Below, piece after piece: positions 1 through 9,160 of a stretch of 50,822 nt of DNA. The DNA comes from Candidatus Aenigmatarchaeota archaeon (GTDB lineage: Archaea > EX4484-52): the NCBI GenBank assembly GCA_023137195.1, contig JAGLPV010000021.1:1-50822 (forward strand), written 5' to 3'. How positions within the stretch are numbered: the stretch's first letter is position 1; the number at the start of each line of letters is the position of its first letter. A program made the position numbers and the translations under genes. The notes under the pieces were generated by a model, which saw nothing but the letters and a program-made list of their open reading frames with translations, did not search any database and had not been told where the DNA came from.

Positions 1-642
1 TGTGATGACAAAAATCTCTGCACTGATGATTTTTGCTCTGAACAAACAAATTTTAAATGCAGTCATAAAGAAATCACCCCCTGTTGCGGCAATAAGAAAT
101 GCGAACAAGGAGAAAATTATCTGAATTGTAATGACTGTACTAAACCAATAAAAACAGCAATGAAACCATCAAAATTAGCTTTTGACTTGAAAGACCTGCC
201 GGACAATTATATAATTAAAGAAAACAGACCGGTATCTAAATCTGAAGTAAATATGTCTGAAGCACCCAATATTTCAAAAGAATTAATGGAATGGGACGAA
301 GGATATCTTGCTTCGTTTATAAAAAAAGATTCATTCAACTCAATAGGGCAAATGATTTATATTTATCCATCAACAGAAGATATCGCAAAAACAGATTTCT
401 CTCAAGCTATTTTTTTAATGGACGAAAATTCACAAAACACTTACGAAGAAATACCATGCGACATAGGAGACAAATGCACATCCTGGAAAATAACAATCAC
501 CACCAATGACAAAGGAGACAAAGCAACAGTGTATACACTATTGTTTATCAAAATGAATGTTTATGAAGAGATATTTGTATTTCATCTAGACTATGAACTG
601 TTAGTTGATTTAGCAAAAAAAGCTGAAGTAAAAATAAAATAA
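1..642 (+). CDS. 5'-truncated hypothetical exported protein with Cys-rich motifs
   Basis: Frame 1 is open from base 1 and reads CDDKNLCTDDFC...CCGNKKCEQGENYLNCNDC into the 160..642 ORF, so the real start lies upstream of the window. Disulfide-type motifs are typical of extracellular proteins. Confidence 0.7.
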   Translation, partial: CDDKNLCTDDFCSEQTNFKCSHKEITPCCGNKKCEQGENYLNCNDCTKPIKTAMKPSKLAFDLKDLPDNYIIKENRPVSKSEVNMSEAPNISKELMEWDEGYLASFIKKDSFNSIGQMIYIYPSTEDIAKTDFSQAIFLMDENSQNTYEEIPCDIGDKCTSWKITITTNDKGDKATVYTLLFIKMNVYEEIFVFHLDYELLVDLAKKAEVKIK

Positions 643-749
643 CAAAAGACATCATTCCATCTTATGATTTGAAACATACCTTTGTGCAACAAAAACTCAT
701 AAACCACAATATCAGAAATATTAATAAACATAATCTTCTATTTATTATC

Positions 750-2060
750 ATGGAATCTCTAAAACCCTACGACACAGTCGAAGTCAAGATAAAAAAGAAC
801 AGCAAAACAACAACAATAAGCGGAATAGTAATGCCCAAAGAAGAAGACGATGCAAAAAACGAAATCTGCATAAGAATGGAAAACGGCTACAAGATGGGAT
901 TGATTCTGGACAAAAACACAACCATAAAAAAAACAGGACATGTAAAAGAAACCCCAACAACAGAAAATAACCCCAATAAATCACCCAACAAAAACAACCA
1001 AAAAATCCTTTTTATCTCAACCGGCGGAACAATCGCAAGCAAAATCGACTATAAGACCGGCGGAGTCATCGCAAAATTCACCGCAAGAGAACTGGAAGAA
1101 AAAGTCCCTCAACTAAAAGAAATTGCCCAACCTGAAGCAAAAACAATATTCAGCGAAATGAGCGAAAACCTGACTCCAAAACACTGGAAAATCATTGCAA
1201 AAGAAATCGCTCTAAACATAAACCGAAACGACATCGCCGGAATCATCCTAATGCACGGCACAGACACCCTTGGATACACAGCATCCGCATTATCTCTTAT
1301 TCTAAAAGACATAGGAAAACCAGTCTGCGTTGTAGGTGCCCAGAGGTCATCTGATAGGGGAAGTTCAGACACTTTCATGAATCTAATCTGCGCAAGCCAT
1401 GTCGCAGTCGGAAACTTCGCAGGAGTATTCTGTGTAATGCACGCAAACACAGACGACAATTATTGCTCGGCAATAATAGGAACAAGAGCAAGAAAGATGC
1501 ACAGCTCAAGAAGAGATGCATTTAAATCCATCAATGAAAACCCAATAGCTTTTATCTATCCTAACGGCAAAATAAAAAACATAACCAACTCAAAAAAAAG
1601 AGACAACAATCTAAAAACAAGAATTGCCGGAAATTTCGACTCCGATGTCATGCTAATAAAAACCTACCCTGGACTAAACCCAAGCATAATTGATTTTGCA
1701 ATTGAAAACTCAGTCAAAGGGATTGTAATAGAAGGAACCGGACTAGGGCATATCCCTACAGCCGGGAAAAACAATTTTCTCCCTCATTTAAAAAAATGCG
1801 CCAAACTAAAGATTCCTGTAATTATGACAACCCAAACAGTCTACGGCAGGACAAACCCTAATGTATATTCTGCCGCAAGATACATCAGAGAAACAGGAGT
1901 AATTTATGTAGAAGACTGCATAAGCGAAACAGCGTATGTAAAATTAAGATGGGTTCTGTCCCAGACCAAAGACATAAAAGAGATTGAAAACCTGATGACA
2001 AAAAACATCGCCGGCGAGATTAGCGAAAGGAGCGATATTATTGAGGACGATTGCAATTGA
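750..2060 (+). CDS. gatD: Glu-tRNA(Gln) amidotransferase subunit D
   Basis: N-terminal GatD barrel (IRMENGYKMGL), STGGTIASKIDYKTGGV, HGTDTL, GAQRSSDRGSSD, RKMHSSRRDAF. ATG at 750 preferred over TTG at 669. Confidence 0.95.
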   Translation: MESLKPYDTVEVKIKKNSKTTTISGIVMPKEEDDAKNEICIRMENGYKMGLILDKNTTIKKTGHVKETPTTENNPNKSPNKNNQKILFISTGGTIASKIDYKTGGVIAKFTARELEEKVPQLKEIAQPEAKTIFSEMSENLTPKHWKIIAKEIALNINRNDIAGIILMHGTDTLGYTASALSLILKDIGKPVCVVGAQRSSDRGSSDTFMNLICASHVAVGNFAGVFCVMHANTDDNYCSAIIGTRARKMHSSRRDAFKSINENPIAFIYPNGKIKNITNSKKRDNNLKTRIAGNFDSDVMLIKTYPGLNPSIIDFAIENSVKGIVIEGTGLGHIPTAGKNNFLPHLKKCAKLKIPVIMTTQTVYGRTNPNVYSAARYIRETGVIYVEDCISETAYVKLRWVLSQTKDIKEIENLMTKNIAGEISERSDIIEDDCN

Positions 2061-2235
2061 GTTATTAATTACAGAACAACAAACAAGGTAAAAAAAATGG
2101 CAGACCTACAACAGCAAGACAGTAAGGATGTCTATGATAGCATAAAGCAAATAAACTATTTTATCCACGAACGAATTGCTTTGGGCAAAGACAAATATTA
2201 GGTAAAAATAAACAAGTATCAAATGTGTTATAATC

Positions 2236-3075
2236 ATGAAAAAAGAAATAATCACAGGATTGACAAAATCTTTTGAAGAGTCAGCATACCGGAAAGGAGA
2301 TGTAGATTATTGGCTCGCAAGAGAGTTACAGGAATTGCTTGAATATTCTGAATGGAGAAATTTTGCATTAGTAATTGAAAAGGCAAAAAAAGCATGTGAA
2401 AACTCAAAACAAAATGTATCAGACCATTTTGTTGACGTCAACAAAAAGGTAGAAATAGGTTCAGGAAGCGAGAGAGAAGTAGACGATTTAATGCTCACAA
2501 GATACGCCTGCTATTTAATTGCACAGAATGGTGACCCAAGAAAAGAAATAATCGCATTTGCGCAAAGTTATTTTGCAATACAGACAAGAAAGCAGGAATT
2601 AATCGAGGAAAGGATGCAACTTGTAGAAAGAATAAATGCAAGAGAAAAATTAGTTGAAACAGAAACAGAACTATCAAAAAACATTTATGAAAAAGGTGTT
2701 GATAATCTGGGATTTGCAAGAATCAGAAGCAAAGGAGATTATGCATTATTTAGAGGAAACACCACAATCCAGATGAAGAAAAAATTAAATATTCCTCAAA
2801 AAAGACCTTTAGCAGACTTCTTACCAACAATTACAATTAAGGCAAAAGATTTAGCAACAGAAATTACTAATTTTAATGTGAAAGAAAAAGACATGAATGG
2901 AGAATGTTCAATCACAAACGAACATGTAAAGAACAACAAGGATGTAAGAGGATTACTTGCAAAAAGCGGAATAAAACCGGAAAATCTCCCGCCTGAAGAA
3001 GACATCAATAAACTGCAAAGAAGAGTAAAATCAGAAAATAAAAAAGTATTGGCAGAGGAAAGAAAAATAATATGA
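2236..3075 (+). CDS. dinD: DNA damage-inducible protein D (BRO-N/DinD family)
   Basis: YWLARELQELLEYSEWRNF, LTRYACYLIAQNGDPRKEIIAFAQSYFAIQTRKQE, RPLADFLPTITIKAK are DinD signatures. Confidence 0.88.
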   Translation: MKKEIITGLTKSFEESAYRKGDVDYWLARELQELLEYSEWRNFALVIEKAKKACENSKQNVSDHFVDVNKKVEIGSGSEREVDDLMLTRYACYLIAQNGDPRKEIIAFAQSYFAIQTRKQELIEERMQLVERINAREKLVETETELSKNIYEKGVDNLGFARIRSKGDYALFRGNTTIQMKKKLNIPQKRPLADFLPTITIKAKDLATEITNFNVKEKDMNGECSITNEHVKNNKDVRGLLAKSGIKPENLPPEEDINKLQRRVKSENKKVLAEERKII

Positions 3076-4262
3076 AACAAAAACTAATTTACTTAGAAGA
3101 AAACCTATGCTCCTTCAAACCACTATCACCAAACTTCAAAGGAGGCAAAGGAGAATACCAAAAAGCAGAATGGCTCAAAAACTATTTAACCCAAAAAAAA
3201 TTGGGAAAAATCACAGAATACAACACCTCTGACGAAAGAGCAGAAAAAAAAATAAGACCAAACTTTAACCTATTCTACAAAGGTCAAACCGACCAAAACC
3301 TGTGGATTATCTCCCACCTTGATGTCGTCCCTGCAAATGACACGGACAAATGGAACTCAGACCCGTTTAAACTAAAAATTGCCGGAAACAAATTGTACGC
3401 AAGAGGTGTATTTGACAACAACGGAGGACTATGCGCCTCTGTCCTCGCCTTAGAATCCCTGAAAGAAAAAAACAAAAAACCCTACTTCAACGTAAACCTC
3501 CTTTTCATAAGCGACGAGGAATGCGGCAACAAATACGGGATGAAATACCTTCTCGACAACTTCACTTTATTCAAAAAAAATGATTTAATAATTGTCCCGG
3601 ACGCAGGCGACCAAAACGGATTAAGAATAAACATCGCAGAAAAAAGCCCCTTGTGGCTAAAATTCACAATCACCGGCAAAGAATCCCATGGCTCAAAACC
3701 AGACAAAGGCATTAACGCAGCAAAAGCCGCAGCTTATTTTACAGTTGAACTAGACAAACTAAACAAGATTTTTTCTTCAAAAGATGACCTGTTCAGCACA
3801 GGCTCAACATTTGAGCCCACAAAAAAACTCGCCAATACAGAAAACATAAACGCAATCCCCGGAATCGATGTATTCTTCATGGACTGTCGCCTCCTACCCT
3901 CAATAAACTCAGAAGAGGTACTAAAAGAAATAGATAAAATGACAAAAACAATAGAAGAAAAAACAGGCGTAAAAATCAAAAGAGAAATTGCAATGCACGA
4001 GCCAATCGCCCCGGCAACTCCCAAAAATGCACAAATTGTCAAAATCCTGACAGAATCAATCCAAAAGACAAAGAACAAAGAGCCCTATCTCAAAGGAATG
4101 GGCGGCGGAACATTTGCCTCTTTATTGAGAAAAAAAGGACTGGAAGTTGCTGTATACTGCACAACAAATGATTCTCTTCACTGCGCAAATGAATACTGTG
4201 AGATGGATAAAGTAATTGAAGATTCAAAAGTATTTGAGAGGGTTATGAGTAATAATGAATAA
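3072..4262 (+). CDS. M20 family metallohydrolase (ArgE/DapE-like)
   Basis: SHLDVVP, RGVFDNNGG, SDEECG, AEKS, GKESHGS and C-terminal H (LHCANEY) metal ligands. Confidence 0.9.
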   Translation: MKQKLIYLEENLCSFKPLSPNFKGGKGEYQKAEWLKNYLTQKKLGKITEYNTSDERAEKKIRPNFNLFYKGQTDQNLWIISHLDVVPANDTDKWNSDPFKLKIAGNKLYARGVFDNNGGLCASVLALESLKEKNKKPYFNVNLLFISDEECGNKYGMKYLLDNFTLFKKNDLIIVPDAGDQNGLRINIAEKSPLWLKFTITGKESHGSKPDKGINAAKAAAYFTVELDKLNKIFSSKDDLFSTGSTFEPTKKLANTENINAIPGIDVFFMDCRLLPSINSEEVLKEIDKMTKTIEEKTGVKIKREIAMHEPIAPATPKNAQIVKILTESIQKTKNKEPYLKGMGGGTFASLLRKKGLEVAVYCTTNDSLHCANEYCEMDKVIEDSKVFERVMSNNE

Positions 4263-4901
4263 TTACTCTGCTCTTTTTTCAATTCTTTCCAAAATAATTT
4301 TAATTCTTTCCACAATAGACACTTCCTCCTTATCGCTTGAAGATTCATAACTAGGAATTATTTTTGTTATCAGATAATACAGTCCATGAAAAAAATTATA
4401 AAAAGCAACCATGAGTGCCACTAATGCCATAAAAGAAAAAAGACCATCTAACCAATCTGCGGTTATGGAGATGCCATAAGGATGGATATCTTCGTAAATA
4501 TAAATTAAGCTAATTATATAAGTACTTAGAAAAAACACAGTTGAAGTAAAAAATAATTCAGCACTTTTTTTCAAATGTTTTCTTTTTTCTTTACTCTCTT
4601 CATCTCCTTCAAATAGTTTTCTGTATTCTATGACCAATAAACAAAACGTAGCTGAAAGTATGATTATAGGATTATATTTTACTAAATCTATTTTTTTAGT
4701 ATCGCCAGCAATATTTTCTGAAAAAGAATATATCATGTTTAAAAATACAATGACTAATACGGTAAGAAGCACCAAATACAATATTTGTTTAAATATCTCG
4801 CAAAAGAAGAAGAACGCATATTTGATCGAAAACCAAGACTCTTTTAGTATCTTGTTGAATTCTCTTAATTCTCTTTCTAAATCACTCATTATCTTAGTCA
4901 T
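4263..4901 (-). CDS. hypothetical membrane protein (~4 TM helices)
   Basis: 212-aa ORF with four hydrophobic segments; very AT-rich; no recognised motif. Confidence 0.6.
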   Translation of the reverse strand: MTKIMSDLERELREFNKILKESWFSIKYAFFFFCEIFKQILYLVLLTVLVIVFLNMIYSFSENIAGDTKKIDLVKYNPIIILSATFCLLVIEYRKLFEGDEESKEKRKHLKKSAELFFTSTVFFLSTYIISLIYIYEDIHPYGISITADWLDGLFSFMALVALMVAFYNFFHGLYYLITKIIPSYESSSDKEEVSIVERIKIILERIEKRAE

Positions 4902-4948
4902 ATATATTAATACCTCTCATTCTTTAATAATTTAACTTTATCTTTTAG

Positions 4949-4991
4949 TAGGGGATACAAAAACAACAACCTTAAATAAATGTATCCCCTA
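4949..4991. promoter_or_regulatory. 11-bp perfect inverted repeat flanking the putative TATA box of the fic-like gene
   Basis: TAGGGGATACA (4949-4959) / TGTATCCCCTA (4981-4991); the 21-nt spacer contains TTAAATAAA; ATG at 4999. Confidence 0.6.
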
Positions 4992-4998
4992 TATTGAC

Positions 4999-5907
4999 AT
5001 GGTAACTGTAGAAAAAATAAAAAAAGGCGAAAAAGAATACTACCGCCTTGTCCACAGCATCAGAAAAGGAGAAAAAATAATCCATAAAACAAAGTACCTT
5101 GGCACACAACTACCTCCAAAAGCCAGATTAGAACAATTAAAAAAAGAATTTCTTAGCCAGATACAAGACCAAAAATACAAGTACTTCTCAGACAAAGACA
5201 TTAAAAAAATAGAAGAAGAAAAAGCACAATACAAAGCAAAAATTAAAAAATTAGGTCCATTAGAGAAAAAAGAAATGCTGGACGAATTCATCATAAGGTT
5301 TACTTATGACAGTTCTAAATTATCCGGCGTGAATGTAACATTGAGGCAAACCTCATTAATATTAAAAGAAGGCATCATCCCCAAAGATATCAAAAACATA
5401 AAAACTCTAAAAGAATTGGAAAACCACAAAAAAGGAATTATCGCAATAACCCAATACAAAGGAAAATTGGATTTGACATTCCTAAAGAAACTCCATAAAA
5501 TCCTAATGTCTGGAGTCTGGGATGAAATTGCAGGACTTACCAGATATGAATTAAAAAGCGATGTTAAAGTAGCAGGAACTTCCTACGTACCTCCAAAATG
5601 GCAGGAAGTTCAAAAAGAACTGGATTACTTCTTTAACTGGTATAAAACCAAAAACAGAAGACTACATCCATTGGAACTGGCATCATTAATCCATTTAAAG
5701 ATAATATCTATCCAACCATTCAGGGACGGCAACAGCAGACTGTCAAGATTGTTGATGAACTGGATCCTATGGAAAAAAGAGTATCCTCTGGTGGATATTC
5801 CAATCGAAGACCTTGAAACTTATTATGACGCCTTAGATATGTACCAAATAGAGAAAAAAGAAAAACCTTTCGTGGATTATATAAAAAGAAGATATTTGAT
5901 TAGTTGA
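4999..5907 (+). CDS. Fic/Doc family protein with degenerate active site (QPFRDGNSR)
   Basis: LHKILM, VPPKWQEVQKEL, HPLELASLIHLKIISIQPFRDGNSRLSRLLMN. Basic beta-rich N-terminal domain (KKGEKEYYRLVHSIR..KYLG). Confidence 0.88.
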   Translation: MVTVEKIKKGEKEYYRLVHSIRKGEKIIHKTKYLGTQLPPKARLEQLKKEFLSQIQDQKYKYFSDKDIKKIEEEKAQYKAKIKKLGPLEKKEMLDEFIIRFTYDSSKLSGVNVTLRQTSLILKEGIIPKDIKNIKTLKELENHKKGIIAITQYKGKLDLTFLKKLHKILMSGVWDEIAGLTRYELKSDVKVAGTSYVPPKWQEVQKELDYFFNWYKTKNRRLHPLELASLIHLKIISIQPFRDGNSRLSRLLMNWILWKKEYPLVDIPIEDLETYYDALDMYQIEKKEKPFVDYIKRRYLIS

Positions 5908-6072
5908 AATCACCCATAACACATTGTATTTTCAAATGAAAGTCTTTTAAATGCTTCTGATAAAATAATACAATAGCATTATGCTATTAAAAAATGGTAC
6001 TATATTCAACCATAAATAAAATTGCGAACTTCAACCATTTCAAAAGCAATTTTATGTTGGTGAATACTGGGA

Positions 6073-6105
6073 AAACACAACTGATTCAAAAAAACAGTTG
6101 TGTTT
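6073..6105. promoter_or_regulatory. 11-bp inverted repeat immediately upstream of mdh
   Basis: AAACACAACTG-N11-CAGTTGTGTTT, ending 9 nt before the ATG at 6115. Confidence 0.4.
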
Positions 6106-6114
6106 GAGTATATT

Positions 6115-7005
6115 ATGACTAAAATCTCTATTATCGGCGCCGGAAAACTAGGTTCAAAAATAGCCTACACTCTTGCGCAAAGAAAAAGCTCCGATGAAAT
6201 TGCCATCGTAGATATAATGAAAGACGTAGCCCTAGGCAACGCAATAGATATCTCACAATCTATAGCTTACTCAAATAACACAAAAATAATTTCAAATGGC
6301 TATGAAGACATTTCCGATTCGGACATTGTCATCATCACTGCCGGAAAACCACGCACACCAGACATGAACGACCGGCTGGAACTTGCAAAAATTAATGCAA
6401 ATATTGTCTCTTCTGTATGCGAACAAATACTCAAACACGCACCGAACAGCATCGTAATTACCTGCTCCAACCCAATGGACCTCATGAATCACATTGCCTT
6501 CAAAAAACTGGGATTCGAACAACAAAGAGTCATAGGATTTGGAGGCAGGCTTGACGGCTCAAGATTAAAATACATTATCGCAAATCACATTAATGTAAAA
6601 ACGAGTGACATCAACTGCGACGTCATAGGAGAGCACGGTCAGTCAATGACCCCTGTATTTTCAAGACTCACAGTCAATGGAGAAAAACAGGAATTCAGCA
6701 ATACTGAAAAAGAAAAAATCACAGCAGAATTACGCGGTATTGCACTCAAAATCATCTCTCTCAAAGGCATCACTGATTTTGCCCCGGCAAGTGGTGTTGC
6801 CGATATGGCAGATGCTATTTTAAATAACACTAATCTTGTTGTACCTTGCTCAATGAATCTTGAAGGCGAAAATCTAAGCATTGGAGTGCCGGTCCAACTA
6901 AACCAAAATGGCGCCAATATTCTGGAATGGAAAATAACAGACGAAGAAACAAAAATGTTTAATGAAGGCAAAAATAAGCTAAAAGAACTAATCTCTTCAT
7001 TGTAA
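6115..7005 (+). CDS. mdh: malate dehydrogenase (LDH-like)
   Basis: IIGAGKLG Rossmann motif, TAGKPRTPDMNDRLEL (Arg at the specificity position indicates malate), SNPMD, GEHG. ATG at 6115. Confidence 0.88.
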   Translation: MTKISIIGAGKLGSKIAYTLAQRKSSDEIAIVDIMKDVALGNAIDISQSIAYSNNTKIISNGYEDISDSDIVIITAGKPRTPDMNDRLELAKINANIVSSVCEQILKHAPNSIVITCSNPMDLMNHIAFKKLGFEQQRVIGFGGRLDGSRLKYIIANHINVKTSDINCDVIGEHGQSMTPVFSRLTVNGEKQEFSNTEKEKITAELRGIALKIISLKGITDFAPASGVADMADAILNNTNLVVPCSMNLEGENLSIGVPVQLNQNGANILEWKITDEETKMFNEGKNKLKELISSL

Positions 7006-7055
7006 TCCAACTCATCTCACAACACAATCACCATACCGACCCCACCAATAGGCAA

Positions 7056-7064
7056 TTATATAAA
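7056..7064 (+). promoter_or_regulatory. putative TATA box of the histone gene (near-leaderless transcript)
   Basis: TTATATAAA located 22-30 nt upstream of ATG 7086. Confidence 0.45.
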
Positions 7065-7085
7065 TATAAAAAGACAATATCAATA

Positions 7086-7307
7086 ATGTCAGAAATACCA
7101 GCCGCCCCCATGGACAGAATCCTAAGAAACAAGGGCGCAGAAAGAGTCTCTTTTGAAGCAGCAAAGCACTTCAGCGAAGAACTTGAATACCTAGCAAACA
7201 GCATTGCAGAAGATGCAATAAACATATGCAACTACTCAGGAAGAAAAACAATAAACAAAAGCGACATAGAATTCGCAATAAAAAATTTCAAAAAAAAATA
7301 CATGTAA
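7086..7307 (+). CDS. archaeal histone (HMfA/B-type)
   Basis: EIPAAPMDRILRNKGAERVSFEA...SGRKTINKSDIEFA; short basic C-terminal tail. Confidence 0.93.
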   Translation: MSEIPAAPMDRILRNKGAERVSFEAAKHFSEELEYLANSIAEDAINICNYSGRKTINKSDIEFAIKNFKKKYM

Positions 7308-7414
7308 TTCCCCTGTAAACATCAACAAGGAACTAATTTAATCCATAGAAGACCACAAGATTCTATCTTGTTTTCATCGCAAGAATCTCGTGGATTTCAA
7401 TGGTTCCTGTGGAT

Positions 7415-7717
7415 TTATTTAGCCGCTTCCGCCGCCTTTTTCTTTTCAATCGCTCTTCTCTTTTTCAATGCCTCTTTGAGTTTCCCAATCCTTATTATCT
7501 TATCGCAGGCAGGACACCTGAACTTGTATGGCTTTTTTTCAAATTCTATACTCTCGCACTCAGAATGCTCCTTACAAAAAGGGCAGTCCAGGATATATTT
7601 AAATTCTTTTTCTCCTTTCATACGCCACAGGATAATCTCTCCTGTTATGCCGCCACCCCTGTCGTCTAATGTCCTCTTGGTAAAATAAGCTGCCTTGTTA
7701 AAATCTGGAAGTTCCAT
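7415..7717 (-). CDS. small Zn-ribbon protein
   Basis: CPFC-x17-CPAC plus a basic C-terminal helix. ATG at 7717 is preceded by a GTGA SD-like motif. Confidence 0.75.
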   Translation of the reverse strand: MELPDFNKAAYFTKRTLDDRGGGITGEIILWRMKGEKEFKYILDCPFCKEHSECESIEFEKKPYKFRCPACDKIIRIGKLKEALKKRRAIEKKKAAEAAK

Positions 7718-7740
7718 TTCAATCACTCTATTTTTATATA

Positions 7741-8220
7741 TTATACTTCAAATTCCTCTTTCCCGAATTTCCTTTTAAATTCTTCTATCTTAGCTTCCCA
7801 GTCCATTCTCATCTTTTCCATGTCAACAATTATCCTTTCCTTTTCTTTATCTAACTGTTTTACAAATGTGTACGGCAGAGTAGCTCTCCTAAAATCATCC
7901 ATCTCAATCATAGCATATCGCGTATTTGCCATATCTTTTGAAATCAACGTCAAAATTCTACTCAAAAACATATTTGTAGCAACTTTCACTTTGGACGAAA
8001 TCATCTTCCCTTCAGAATGTCTCCTAATCTCTCTTGTAATTGGAGCCAATGGAAATATCAAATCATTGCTTTCTTCCAGCTTCTGATCTTCTTCTTCATC
8101 CGACTCTTCACCTTCACCTTCACTACCTTCTGTCTTTTCTTCTTCAATATCTTCAACATTTTCCTGTTCTTCAACATTCTCTTGTTCTTCAACATTTTCC
8201 TGCTTGTTTTCTTCTTCCAT
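7741..8220 (-). CDS. coiled-coil-type histone variant with long acidic N-terminal tail
   Basis: LIFPLAPITREIRRH..KMISSKVKVATNMFL..ISKDMANTRYAMIEMDDFRRATLPY..KEKERII: histone fold followed by a long helix, resembling HMfC-like CC histones (from recall). The first ~52 aa are E/D-rich. Confidence 0.72.
   Translation of the reverse strand: MEEENKQENVEEQENVEEQENVEDIEEEKTEGSEGEGEESDEEEDQKLEESNDLIFPLAPITREIRRHSEGKMISSKVKVATNMFLSRILTLISKDMANTRYAMIEMDDFRRATLPYTFVKQLDKEKERIIVDMEKMRMDWEAKIEEFKRKFGKEEFEV
8151..8204. repeat. 3 x 18-bp tandem repeat encoding the QENVEE units of the acidic tail
   Basis: cttcaacattttcctgtt / cttcaacattctcttgtt / cttcaacattttcctgct. Confidence 0.85.
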
Positions 8221-8255
8221 TTTATCACTTTAATTAGTTAAACATTACTTTTATC

Positions 8256-9044
8256 TTACTTATTCTTAACTTTCCCTGCTTTTTCTTCCAATGAATCAAA
8301 TTCAGCTTTTATCGCTCTTTGCTCATCAACTATATTTGGAATCACATCTTTAAATGCATTTTCCACGCTTTTGACACGTGGAACAAGATCAGAAATCTTC
8401 TCTTTTAAATTCAAGCTTTCTTTCTCATTATTCTTCCTAAACATCTCAAAATTCTTTTTAATTTCATTAACCGCCGATTCAATAGCATTCACTTTCTTGT
8501 TCGTCTCCTCCAGGCTCTTGACTGTCTTTTCCTTAAACTCATATATTTCATTAAGCTTTGCGTAAAGCATTTCATTCACTATCTCTTCAACTTCTTCTAT
8601 ATTCAGCCCTTCGGTAGGTAAAGGGGGCAGATTATCCATACCTGGTTGAGACGCAGGATAATTCATATTGTTTGGATGATCTACCAGAAGCGGGTCCTGT
8701 GAAGAATATAACGCATTTTGCTGTTGTGGTGCCTGTGTATTCACCGCCTGCATTGTTTTTTCCTTTAATATCCCGGTCATCGCCGAATCTATCTGGTCAA
8801 AACCATAACCCTTCTCTTTCAGACTCTTTATTACCTCTCCCTCAGACATACCCTTACTCAATCTATCACTTATCTCTCTCTGGAGATTTTCATCAGCACC
8901 TTGTGGGACAGAAGAACTTTCCTGCCCTTCGTCCAACTCAATAGAACCCACCGGCTCCTGTAAATTGTCAAAAGAAGCAGTACTTTTCTTGGAATCATCT
9001 GCCTTTTTCTTAAGCCGTGCAAAAAGTTTGAATTTCATATTCAT
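8256..9044 (-). CDS. hypothetical protein with small helical domain and C-terminal coiled coil
   Basis: ISDRLSKGMSEGEVIKSLKEKGYGFDQIDSAM domain, P/Q-rich linker, heptad-rich C-terminus. Resembles a family I recall from DPANN genomes. Confidence 0.7.
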   Translation of the reverse strand: MNMKFKLFARLKKKADDSKKSTASFDNLQEPVGSIELDEGQESSSVPQGADENLQREISDRLSKGMSEGEVIKSLKEKGYGFDQIDSAMTGILKEKTMQAVNTQAPQQQNALYSSQDPLLVDHPNNMNYPASQPGMDNLPPLPTEGLNIEEVEEIVNEMLYAKLNEIYEFKEKTVKSLEETNKKVNAIESAVNEIKKNFEMFRKNNEKESLNLKEKISDLVPRVKSVENAFKDVIPNIVDEQRAIKAEFDSLEEKAGKVKNK

Positions 9045-9160
9045 TTGTTAATCAACTATTAGGTATATATAAAACCTACATTTTTATAATTTTCTTTTAT
9101 TGTTATAGTATCAGATATAGGTATGCAATCCTAACTGAAAAAAATAAATCAAGGAATATT

